Assembly (NCBI GenBank): GCA_964016885.1
Contig: OZ024752.1
Span: forward strand, 17,856,001-17,920,000
Direction: 5' to 3'
Length of the DNA: 64,000 nt
DNA from: Eledone cirrhosa
Lineage: Eukaryota
The position numbers and the translations under genes were made by a program. This document shows, piece after piece, positions 44,380 through 57,900 of this stretch. Numbering within the stretch: position 1 is the stretch's first letter; every line of letters begins with the position of its first letter. Under the pieces are notes generated by a model. That model did no database searches and was not told the origin of the DNA. It saw nothing but the letters and a program-made list of their open reading frames with translations.

Positions 44380-47300
44380 GTCTACAACTCCACCATTCTA
44401 ACTCCGTCTTATATGGTGTACAACTCCACCATTCTAATTCCTTCTTATATGGTCTACAACTCCACCATTCTAACTCCTTCATATATGGTCTACAACTCCA
44501 CCATTCTAACTCCTTCTTATATGGTCTACAACTCCACCATTCTAACTCTTTCTTATATGGTCTACAACTCCACCATTCTAACTCTTTCTTATATGGTCTA
44601 CAACTCCACCATTCTAACTCATTCTTATATGGTCTACAACTCCACCATTCTAACTCCTTCTTATATGGTCTACAACTCCACCATTCTAACTCCTTCTTAT
44701 ATGGTGTACAACTCCACCATTCTAACTCCTTCTTATATGGTCTACAACTCCACCATTCTAACTCCTTCTGATATGGTCTACAACTCAACCATTCTAACTC
44801 CCTCTTATATAGTCTACAACTCCACCATTCTAATTCCTTCTTATATGGTCTACAACTCCACCATTCTAACTCCTTCTTATATGGTGTACAACTCCACCAT
44901 TCTAACTCCTTCTTATATGGTGTACAACTCCACCATTCTAATTCCTTCTTATATGGTCTACAACTCCACCATTCTAACTCTTTCTTATATGGTCTACAAC
45001 TCCACCATTCTAACTCCTTCTTATATGGTCTACAACTCCACCATTCTAACTCCTTCGTATATGGTCTACACCTCCACCATTCTAACTCCTTATATGGTCT
45101 ACAACTCCACCATTCTAACTCCGTCTTATATGGTGTACAACTACACCATTCTAATTCCTTCTTATATGGTCTACAACTCCACCATTCTAATTCCTTCTTA
45201 TATGGTCTACAACTCCACCATTCTAACTCCTTCATATATGGTCTACAACTCCACCATTCTAACTCCTTCTTATATGGTCTACAACTCCACCATTCTAACT
45301 CTTTCTTATAAGGTGTACAACTCCACCATTCTAACTCTTTCTTATATGGTCTACAACTCCACCATTCTAACTCATTCTTATATGGTCTACAACTCCACCA
45401 TTCTAACTCCTTCTTATATTGTCTACAACTCCACCATTCTAACTCCTTCTTATATGGTCTACAACTCCACCATTCTAATTCCTTCTTATATGGTGTACAA
45501 CTCCACCATTCTAACTCCTTCATATATGGTCTACAACTCCACCATTCTAACTCCTTCTTATATGGTGTACAACTCCACCATTCTAATTGCTTCTTATATG
45601 GTCTACAACTCCACCATTCTAACTCTTTCTTATATGGTCTACAACTCCACCATTCTAACTCCTTCTTATATGGTCTACAACTCCACCATTCTAACTCCTT
45701 CGTGTATGGTCTACAACTCCACCATTCTAACTCCTTATATGGTCTACAACTCCACCATTCTAACTCCTTCGTATATGGTCTAAAACTCCACCATTCTAAC
45801 TCCTTATATGGTCTACAACTCCACCATTCTAACTCCTTCATATATGGTCTACAACTCCACCATTCTAACTCCTTCTTATATGGTCTACAACTCCACCATT
45901 CTAACTCTTTCTTATATGGTGTACAACTCCACCATTCTAACTCTTTCTTATATGGTCTACAACTCCACCATTCTAACTCATTCTTATATGGTCTACAACT
46001 CCACCATTCTAACTCCTTCTTATATTGTCTACAACTCCACCATTCTAACTCCTTCTTATATGGTCTACAACTCCACCATTCTAATTCCTTCTTATATGGT
46101 GTACAACTCCACCATTCTAACTCCTTCATATATGGTCTACAACTCCACCATTCTAACTCCTTCTTATATGGTGTACAACTCCACCATTCTAATTGCTTCT
46201 TATATGGTCTACAACTCCACCATTCTAACTCTTTCTTATATGGTCTACAACTCCACCATTCTAACTCCTTCTTATATGGTCTACAACTCCACCATTCTAA
46301 CTCCTTCGTATATGGTCTACAACTCCACCATTCTAACTCCTTATATGGTCTACAACTCCACCATTCTAATTCCTTCTTATATGGTGTACAACTCCACCAT
46401 TCTAACTCCTTCTTATATGGTCTACAACTCCACCATACTAACTCCTTCGTATATGGTCTACAACTCCACCATTCTAACTCCTTATATGGTCTACAACTCC
46501 ACCATTCTAATTCCGTCTTATATGGTGTACAACTCCACCATTCTAATTCCTTCTTATATGGTCTACAACTCCACCATTCTAATTCCTTCTTATATGGTCT
46601 ACAACTCCACCATTCTAATTCCTTCTTATATGGTCTAAAACACCACCATTCTAATTCCTTCTTATATGGTCTACAACTCCACCATTCTAACTCCTTTATA
46701 TATGGTCTACAACTCCACCATTCTAACTCCTTCTTATATGGTCTACAACTCCACCATTCTAACTCTTCTTATATGGTGTACAACTCCACCATTCTAACTC
46801 CTTCTTATATGGTCTACAACTCCACCATTCTAACTCATTCTTATATGGTCTACAACTCCACCATTCTAACTCCTTCTTATATGGTCTACAACTCCACCAT
46901 TCTAACTCCTTCTTATATGGTCTACAACTCCACCATTCTAACTCCTTCTTATATAGTGTACAACTCCACCATTCTAACTCCTTCTTACATGGTGTACAAC
47001 TCCACCATTCTAACTCCTTCTTATATGGTCTACAACTCCACAATTCTAACTCCTTCTTATATGGTCTACAACTCCACCATTCTAATTCCTTCTTATATGG
47101 TCTACAACTCCACCATTCTAATTCCTTCTTATATGGTGTACAACTCCACCATTCTAACTCCTTCGTATAATGTCTACAACTCCACCATTCTAACTCCTTC
47201 TTATATGGTGTACAACTCCACCATTCTAATTGCTTCTTATATGGTCTACAACTCCACCATTCTAACTCTTTCTTATATGGTCTACAACTCCACCATTCTA

Positions 47301-50300
47301 ACTCCTTCTTATATGGTCTACAACTCCACCATTCTAACTCCTTCGTATATGGTCTACAACTCCACCATTCTAACTCCTTATATGGTCTACAACTCCACCA
47401 TTCTAACTCCGTCTTATATGGTGTACAACTCCACCATTCTAATTCCTTCTTATATGGTCTACAACTCCACCATTCTAACTCCTTCATATATGGTATACAA
47501 CTCCACCATTCTAACTCCTTCTTATATGGTCTACAACTCCACCATTCTAACTCTTTCTTATATGGTGTACAACTCCACCATTCTAACTCTTTCTTATATG
47601 GTCTACAACTCCACCATTCTAACTTATTCTTATATGGTCTACAACTCCACCATTCTAACTCCTTCTTATATGGTCTACAACTCCACCATTCTAACTCCTT
47701 CTTATATGGTGTACAACTCCACCATTCTAACTCCTTCTTATATGGTCTACAACTCCACCATTCTAACTCCTTCTGATATGGTCTACAACTCAACCATTCT
47801 AACTCCCTCTTATATAGTCTACAACTCCACCATTCTAATTCCTTCTTATATGGTCTACAACTCCACCATTCTAACTCCTTCTTATATGGTGTACAGCTCC
47901 ACCATTCTAACTCCTTCTTATATGGTCTACAACTCCACCATTCTAACTCTTTCTTATATGGTCTACAACTCCACCATTCTAATTCCTTCTTATATGATCT
48001 ACAACTCCACCATTCTAACTCCTTCATATATGGTCTACAACTCCACCATTCTAACTCCTTCTTATGTGGTCTACAACTCCACCATTCTAACACTTTCTTA
48101 TATGGTGTACAACTCCACCATTCTAACTCTTTCTTATATGGTCTACAACTCCACCATTCTAACTCATTCTTATATGGTCTACAACTCCACCATTCTAACT
48201 CCTTCTTATATGGTCTACAACTCCACCATTCTAACTCCTTCTTATATGGTGTACAACTCCACCATTCTAATTGCTTCTTATATGGTCTACAACTCCACCA
48301 TTCTAACTCTTTCTTATATGGTGTACAACTCCACCATTCTAACTCCTTCTTATATGGTCTACAACTCCACCATTCTAACTCCTTCGTATATGGTCTACAA
48401 CTCCACCATTCTAACTCCTTATATGGTCTACAATTCCACCATTCTAACTCCGTCTTATATGGTGTACAACTCCACCATTCTAATTCCTTCTTATATGATC
48501 TACAACTCCACCATTCTAACTCCTTCATATATGGTCTACAACTCCACCATTCTAACTCCTTCTTATATGGTGTACAACTCCACCATTCTAATTCCTTCTT
48601 ATATGGTCTACAACTCCACTATTCTAACTCCTTCTTATATGGTCTACAACTCCACCATTCTAATTCCTTCTTATATGGTCTACAACTCCACCATTCTAAC
48701 TCCTTCATATATGGTCTACAACTCTACCATTCTAACTCCTTCTTATATGGTGTGCAACTCCACCATTCTAATTCCTTCTTATATGGTCTACAACTCCACC
48801 ATTCTAACTCCTTCTTATATGTTCTACAACTCCACAATTCTAACTCCTTCTTATATGGTCTACAACTCCACCATTCTAATTCCTTCTTATATGGTCTACA
48901 ACTCCACCATTCTAACTCCGTCTTATATGGTGTACAACTCCACCATTCTAATTCCTTCTTATATGGTCTACAACTCCACCATTCTAACTCCTTCATATAT
49001 GGTGTACAACTCCACCATTCTAACTCCTTCTTATATGGTCTACAACTCCACCATTCTAACTCTTTCTTATATGGTCTACAACTCCACCATTCTAACTCTT
49101 TCTTATATGGTCTACAACTCCACCATTCTAACTCATTCTTATATGGTCTACAACTCCACCATTCTAACTCCTTCTTATATGGTCTACAACTCCACCATTC
49201 TAACTCCTTCTTATATGGTGTACAACTCCACCATTTTAACTCCTTCTTATATGGTCTACAACTCCACCATTCTAACTCCTTCTGATATGGTCTACAACTC
49301 AACCATTCTAACTCCCTCTTATATAGTCTACAACTCCACCATTCTAATTCCTTCTTATATGGTCTACAACTCCACCATTCTAACTCCTTCTTATATGGTG
49401 TACAACTCCACCATTCTAACTCCTTCTTATATGGTGTACAACTCCACCATTCTAATTCCTTCTTATATGGTCTACAACTCCACCATTCTAACTCTTTCTT
49501 ATATGGTCTACAACTCCACCATTCTAACTCCTTCTTATATGGTCTACAACTCCACCATTCTAACTCCTTCGTATATGGTCTACACCTCCACCATTCTAAC
49601 TCCTTATATGGTCTACAACTCCACCATTCTAACTCCGTCTTATATGGTGTACAACTACACCATTCTAATTCCTTCTTATATGGTCTACAACTCCACCATT
49701 CTAATTCCTTCTTATATGGTCTACAACTCCACCATTCTAACTCCTTCATATATGGTCTACAACTCCACCATTCTAACTCCTTCTTATATGGTCTACAACT
49801 CCACCATTCTAACTCTTTCTTATAAGGTGTACAACTCCACCATTCTAACTCTTTCTTATATGGTCTACAACTCCACCATTCTAACTCATTCTTATATGGT
49901 CTACAACTCCACCATTCTAACTCCTTCTTATATTGTCTACAACTCCACCATTCTAACTCCTTCTTATATGGTCTACAACTCCACCATTCTAATTCCTTCT
50001 TATATGGTGTACAACTCCACCAATCTAACTCCTTCATATATGGTCTACAACTCCACCATTCTAACTCCTTCTTATATGGTGTACAACTCCACCATTCTAA
50101 TTGCTTCTTATATGGTCTACAACTCCACCATTCTAACTCTTTCTTATATGGTCTACAACTCCACCATTCTAACTCCTTCTTATATGGTCTACAACTCCAC
50201 CATTCTAACTCCTTCGTATATGGTCTACAACTCCACCATTCTAACTCCTTATATGGTCTACAACTCCACCATTCTAACTCCTTCGTATATGGTCTAAAAC

Positions 50301-53270
50301 TCCACCATTCTAACTCCTTATATGGTCTACAACTCCACCATTCTAACTCCTTCATATATGGTCTACAACTCCACCATTCTAACTCCTTCTTATATGGTCT
50401 ACAACTCCACCATTCTAACTCTTTCTTATATGGTGTACAACTCCACCATTCTAACTCTTTCTTATATGGTCTACAACTCCACCATTCTAACTCATTCTTA
50501 TATGGTCTACAACTCCACCATTCTAACTCCTTCTTATATTGTCTACAACTCCACCATTCTAACTCCTTCTTATATGGTCTACAACTCCACCATTCTAATT
50601 CCTTCTTATATGGTGTACAACTCCACCATTCTAACTCCTTCATATATGGTCTACAACTCCACCATTCTAACTCCTTCTTATATGGTGTACAACTCCACCA
50701 TTCTAATTGCTTCTTATATGGTCTACAACTCCACCATTCTAACTCTTTCTTATATGGTCTACAACTCCACCATTCTAACTCCTTCTTATATGGTCTACAA
50801 CTCCACCATTCTAACTCCTTCGTATATGGTCTACAACTCCACCATTCTAACTCCTTATATGGTCTACAACTCCACCATTCTAATTCCTTCTTATATGGTG
50901 TACAACTCCACCATTCTAACTCCTTCTTATATGGTCTACAACTCCACCATACTAACTCCTTCGTATATGGTCTACAACTCCACCATTCTAACTCCTTATA
51001 TGGTCTACAACTCCACCATTCTAATTCCGTCTTATATGGTGTACAACTCCACCATTCTAATTCCTTCTTATATGGTCTACAACTCCACCATTCTAATTCC
51101 TTCTTATATGGTCTACAACTCCACCATTGTAATTCCTTCTTATATGGTCTAAAACACCACCATTCTAATTCCTTCTTATATGGTCTACAACTCCACCATT
51201 CTAACTCCTTCATATATGGTCTACAACTCCACCATTCTAACTCCTTCTTATATGGTCTACAACTCCACCATTCTAACTCTTCTTATATGGTGTACAACTC
51301 CACCATTCTAACTCCTTCTTATATGGTCTACAACTCCACCATTCTAACTCATTCTTATATGGTCTACAACTCCACCATTCTAACTCCTTCTTATATGGTC
51401 TACAACTCCACCATTCTAACTCCTTCTTATATGGTCTACAACTCCACCATTCTAACTCCTTCTTATATAGTGTACAACTCCACCATTCTAACTCCTTCTT
51501 ACATGGTGTACAACTCCACCATTCTAACTCCTTCTTATATGGTCTACAACTCCACAATTCTAACTCCTTCTTATATGGTCTACAACTCCACCATTCTAAT
51601 TCCTTCTTATATGGTCTACAACTCCACCATTCTAATTCCTTCTTATATGGTGTACAACTCCACCATTCTAACTCCTTCGTATAATGTCTACAACTCCACC
51701 ATTCTAACTCCTTCTTATATGGTGTACAACTCCACCATTCTAATTGCTTCTTATATGGTCTACAACTCCACCATTCTAACTCTTTCTTATATGGTCTACA
51801 ACTCCACCATTCTAACTCCTTCTTATATGGTCTACAACTCCACCATTCTAACTCCTTCGTATATGGTCTACAACTCCACCATTCTAACTCCTTATATGGT
51901 CTACAACTCCACCATTCTAACTCCGTCTTATATGGTGTACAACTCCACCATTCTAATTCCTTCTTATATGGTCTACAACTCCACCATTCTAACTCCTTCA
52001 TATATGGTATACAACTCCACCATTCTAACTCCTTCTTATATGGTCTACAACTCCACCATTCTAACTCTTTCTTATATGGTGTACAACTCCACCATTCTAA
52101 CTCTTTCTTATATGGTCTACAACTCCACCATTCTAACTTATTCTTATATGGTCTACAACTCCACCATTCTAACTCCTTCTTATATGGTCTACAACTCCAC
52201 CATTCTAACTCCTTCTTATATGGTGTACAACTCCACCATTCTAACTCCTTCTTATATGGTCTACAACTCCACCATTCTAACTCCTTCTGATATGGTCTAC
52301 AACTCAACCATTCTAACTCCCTCTTATATAGTCTACAACTCCACCATTCTAATTCCTTCTTATATGGTCTACAACTCCACCATTCTAACTCCTTCTTATA
52401 TGGTGTACAGCTCCACCATTCTAACTCCTTCTTATATGGTCTACAACTCCACCATTCTAACTCTTTCTTATATGGTCTACAACTCCACCATTCTAATTCC
52501 TTCTTATATGATCTACAACTCCACCATTCTAACTCCTTCATATATGGTCTACAACTCCACCATTCTAACTCCTTCTTATATGGTCTACAACTCCACCATT
52601 CTAACTCTTTCTTATATGGTGTACAACTCCACCATTCTAACTCTTTCTTATATGGTCTACAACTCCACCATTCTAACTCATTCTTATATGGTCTACAACT
52701 CCACCATTCTAACTCCTTCTTATATGGTCTACAACTCCACCATTCTAACTCCTTCTTATATGGTGTACAACTCCACCATTCTAATTGCTTCTTATATGGT
52801 CTACAACTCCACCATTCTAACTCTTTCTTATATGGTGTACAACTCCACCATTCTAACTCCTTCTTATATGGTCTACAACTCCACCATTCTAACTCCTTCG
52901 TATATGGTCTACAACTCCACCATTCTAACTCCTTATATGGTCTACAATTCCACCATTCTAACTCCGTCTTATATGGTGTACAACTCCACCATTCTAATTC
53001 CTTCTTATATGATCTACAACTCCACCATTCTAACTCCTTCATATATGGTCTACAACTCCACCATTCTAACTCCTTCTTATATGGTGTACAACTCCACCAT
53101 TCTAATTCCTTCTTATATGGTCTACAACTCCACTATTCTAACTCCTTCTTATATGGTCTACAACTCCACCATTCTAATTCCTTCTTATATGGTCTACAAC
53201 TCCACCATTCTAACTCCTTCATATATGGTCTACAACTCTACCATTCTAACTCCTTCTTATATGGTGTACA
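44380..53270. repeat. Near-tandem duplication, period 4514 bp
   Basis: Markers pair as TCTGA 44771/49285, TAAAACTCC 45783/50297, TAAAACACC 46638/51152, 35-bp monomer 46759/51273 and 48528/53042. Confidence 0.9.
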
Positions 53271-54929
53271 ACTCCACCATTCTAATTCCTTCTTATATGG
53301 TCTACAACTCCACTATTCTAACTCCTTCTTATATGGTCTACAACTCCACCATTCTAATTCCTTCTTATATGGTCTACAACTCCACCATTCTAACTCCTTC
53401 ATATATGGTCTACAACTCTACCATTCTAACTCCTTCTTATATGGTGTGCAACTCCACCATTCTAATTCCTTCTTATATGGTCTACAACTCCACCATTCTA
53501 ATTCCTTCTTATATGGTCTACAACTCCACCATTCTAATTCCTTCTCATATAGTGTACAACTCCACCATTCTAACTCTTTCATATATGGTCTACAACTCCA
53601 CCATTCTAACTCCTTCTTATATGGTGTACAACTCCACCATTCTAATTCCTTCTTATATGGTCTACAACTCCACCATTCTAACTCTTTCTTATATGGTCTA
53701 CAACTCCACCATTCTAACTCCTTCTTATATGGTCTACAACTCCGCCATTCTAACTCCTTCGTATATGGTCTACAACTCCACCATTCTAACTCCTTATATG
53801 GTCTACAACTCCACCATTCTAACTCCGTCTTATATGGTGTACAACTCCACCATTCTAATTCCTTCTTATATGGTCTACAACACCACCATTCTAATTCCTT
53901 CTTATATGGTCTACAACTCCACCATTCTAACTCCTTCTTATATGGTCTACAACTCCACCATTCTAACTCCTTCTTATATGGTGTACAACTCCACCATTCT
54001 AAGTCCTTCTTATATGGTCTACAACTCCACCATTCTAACTCCTTCTTATATGGTGTACAACTCCACCATTCTAATTCCTTCTTATATGGTCTACAACTCC
54101 ACTATTCTAACTCCTTCTTATATGGTCTACAACTCCACCATTCTAATTCCTTCTTATATGGTCTACAACTCCACCATTCTAACTCCTTCATATATGGTCT
54201 ACAACTCTACCATTCTAACTCCTTCTTATATGGTGTGCAACTCCACCATTCAAATTCCTTCTTATATGGTCTACAACTCCACCATTCTAACTCCTTCTTA
54301 TATGTTCTACAACTCCACAATTCTAACTCCTTCTTATATGGTCTACAACTCCACCATTCTAATTCCTTCTTATATGGTCTACAACTCCACCATTCTAATT
54401 CCTTCTTATATGGTGTACAACTCCACCATTCTAACTCCTTCATATATGGTCTACAACTCCACCATTCTAACTCCTTCTTATATGATGTACAACTCCACCA
54501 TTCTAATTCCTTCTTATATGGTCTACAACTCCACTATTCTAACTCCTTCTTATATGGTGTACAACTCCACCATTCTAATTCCTTCTTATATGGTCTACAA
54601 CTCCACTATTCTAACTCCTTCTTATATGGTCTACAACTCCACCATTCTAACTCCTTCGTATATGGTCTACAACTCCACCATTCTAACTCCTTATATGGTC
54701 TACAACTCCACCATTCTAACTCCGTCTTATATGGTGTACAACTCCACCATTCTAATTCCTTCTTATATGGTCTACAACACCACCATTCTAATTCCTTCTT
54801 ATATGGTCTACAACTCCACCATTCTAACTCCTTCATATATGGTCTACAACACCACCATTCTAACTCCTTCTTATATGGTCTACAACTCCACCATTCTAAC
54901 TCTTCTTATATGGTGTACAACTCCACCAT

Positions 54930-57900
54930 TCTAACTCCTTCTTATATGGTCTACAACTCCACCATTCTAACTCATTCTTATATGGTCTACAACTCCACCA
55001 TTCTAACTCCTTCTTATATGGTCTACAACTCCACCATTCTAACTCCTTCTTATATGGTCTACAACTCCACAATTCTAACTCCTTCTTATATGGTCTACAA
55101 CTCCACCATTCTAATTCCTTCTTATATGGTCTACAACTCCACCATTCTAATTCCTTCTTATATGGTGTACAACTCCACCATTGAAACTCCTTCATATATG
55201 GTCTACAACTCCACCATTCTAACTCCTTCTTATATGGTGTACAACCCCACCATTCTAATTGCTTCTTATATGGTCTACAACTCCACCATTCTAACTCTTT
55301 CTTATATGGTCTACAACTCCACCATTCTAACTCCTTCTTATATGGTCTACAACTCCACCATTCTAACTCCTTCGTATATGGTCTACAACTCCACCATTCT
55401 AACTCCTTATATGGTGTACAACTCCACCATTCTAACTCCGTCTTATATGGTGTACAACTCCACCATTCTAATTCCTTCTTATATGGTCTACAACTCCACC
55501 ATTCTAACTCCTTCATATATGGTCTACAACTCCACCATTCTAACTCCTTCTTATATGGTCTACAACTCCACCATTCTAACTCTTTCTTATATGGTGTACA
55601 ACTACACCATTCTAACTCTTTCTTATATGGTCTACAACTCCACCATTCTAACTCATTCTCATATGGTCTACAACTCCACCATTCTAACTCCTTCTTATAT
55701 GGTCTACAACTCCACCATTCTAACTCCTTCTTATATGGTGTACAACTCCATCATTCTAACTCCTTCTTATATGGTCTACAACTCCACCATTCTAACTCCT
55801 TCTTATATGGTCTACAACTCCACCATTCTAACTCCTTCTTATATGGTCTACAACTCCACCATTCTAATTCCTTCTTATATGGTCTACAACTCCACCATTC
55901 TAACTCCTTCTTATATGGTGTACAACTCCACCATTCTAACTCCTTCTTATATGGTCTACAACTCCACCATTCTAACTCCTTCTTATATGGTCTACAACTC
56001 CACCATTCTAACTCCTTCTTATATGGTCTACAACTCCACCATTCTAACTCCTTCTTATATGGTCTACAACTCCACCATTCTAATTCCTTCTTATATGGTC
56101 TACAACTCCACCATTCTAACTCCTTCTTATATGGTGTACAACTCCACCATTCTAACTCCTTCTTATATGGTCTACAACTCCACCATTCTAACTCCTTCTT
56201 ATATGGTGTACAACTCCACCATTCTAATTCCTTCTTATATGGTCTACAACTCCACCATTCTAACTCCTTCTTATATGGTCTATAACTCAACCATTCTAAT
56301 TCCTTCTTATATGGTCTACAACTCCACTATTCTAACTCCTTCTTATATGGTCTACAACTCCACCATTCTAATTCCTTCTTATATGGTCTACAACTCCACC
56401 ATTCTAACTCCTTCATATATGGTCTACAACTCTACCATTCTAACTCCTTCTTATATGGTGTGCAACTCCATCATTCTAATTCCTTCTTATATGGTCTACA
56501 ACTCCACCATTCTAACTCCTTCATATATGGTCTACAACTCCACCATTCTAACTCCTTCTTATATGGTCTACAACTCCACCATTCTAACTCTTCTTATATG
56601 GTGTACAACTCCACCATTCTAACTCCTTCTTATATGGTCTACAACTCCACCATTCTAACTCCTTATATGGTCTACAATTCCACCATTCTAACTCCGTCTT
56701 ATATGGTGTACAACTCCACCATTCTAATTCCTTCTTATATGATCTACAACTCCACCATTCTAACTCCTTCATATATGGTCTACAACTCCACCATTCTAAC
56801 TCCTTCTTATATGGTGTACAACTCCACCATTCTAATTCCTTCTTATATGGTCTACAACTCCACTATTCTAACTCCTTCTTATATGGTCTACAACTCCACC
56901 ATTCTAATTCCTTCTTATATGGTCTACAACTCCACCATTCTAACTCCTTCATATATGGTCTACAACTCTACCATTCTAACTCCTTCTTATATGGTGTGCA
57001 ACTCCTCCATTCTAATTCCTTCTTATATGGTCTACAACTCCACCATTCTAACTCCTTCTTATATGTTCTACAACTCCACAATTCTAACTCCTTCTTATAT
57101 GGTCTACAACTCCACCATTCTAATTCCTTCTTATATGGTCTACAACTCCACCATTCTAATTCCTTCTCATATAGTGTACAACTCCACCATTCTAACTCTT
57201 TCATATATGGTCTACAACTCCACCATTCTAACTCCTTCTTATATGGTGTACAACTCCACCATTCTAATTCCTTCTTATATGGTCTACAACTCCACCATTC
57301 TAACTCTTTCTTATATGGTCTACAACTCCACCATTCTAACTCCTTCTTATATGGTCTACAACTCCGCCATTCTAACTCCTTCGTATATGGTCTACAACTC
57401 CACCATTCTAACTCCTTATATGGTCTACAACTCCACCATTCTAACTCCGTCTTATATGGTGTACAACTCCACCATTCTAATTCCTTCTTATATGGTCTAC
57501 AACACCACCATTCTAATTCCTTGTTATATGGTCTACAACTCCACCATTCTAACTCCTTCTTATATGGTCTACAACTCCACCATTCTAACTCCTTCTTATA
57601 TGGTGTACAACTCCACCATTCTAATTCCTTCTTATATGGTCTACAACTCCACCATTCTAACTCCTTCTTATATGGTGTACAACTCCACCATTCTAATTCC
57701 TTCTTATATGGTCTACAACTCCACTATTCTAACTCCTTCTTATATGGTCTACAACTCCACCATTCTAATTCCTTCTTATATGGTCTACAACTCCACCATT
57801 CTAACTCCTTCATATATGGTCTACAACTCTACCATTCTAACTCCTTCTTATATGGTGTGCAACTCCACCATTCTAATTCCTTCTTATATGGTCTACAACT

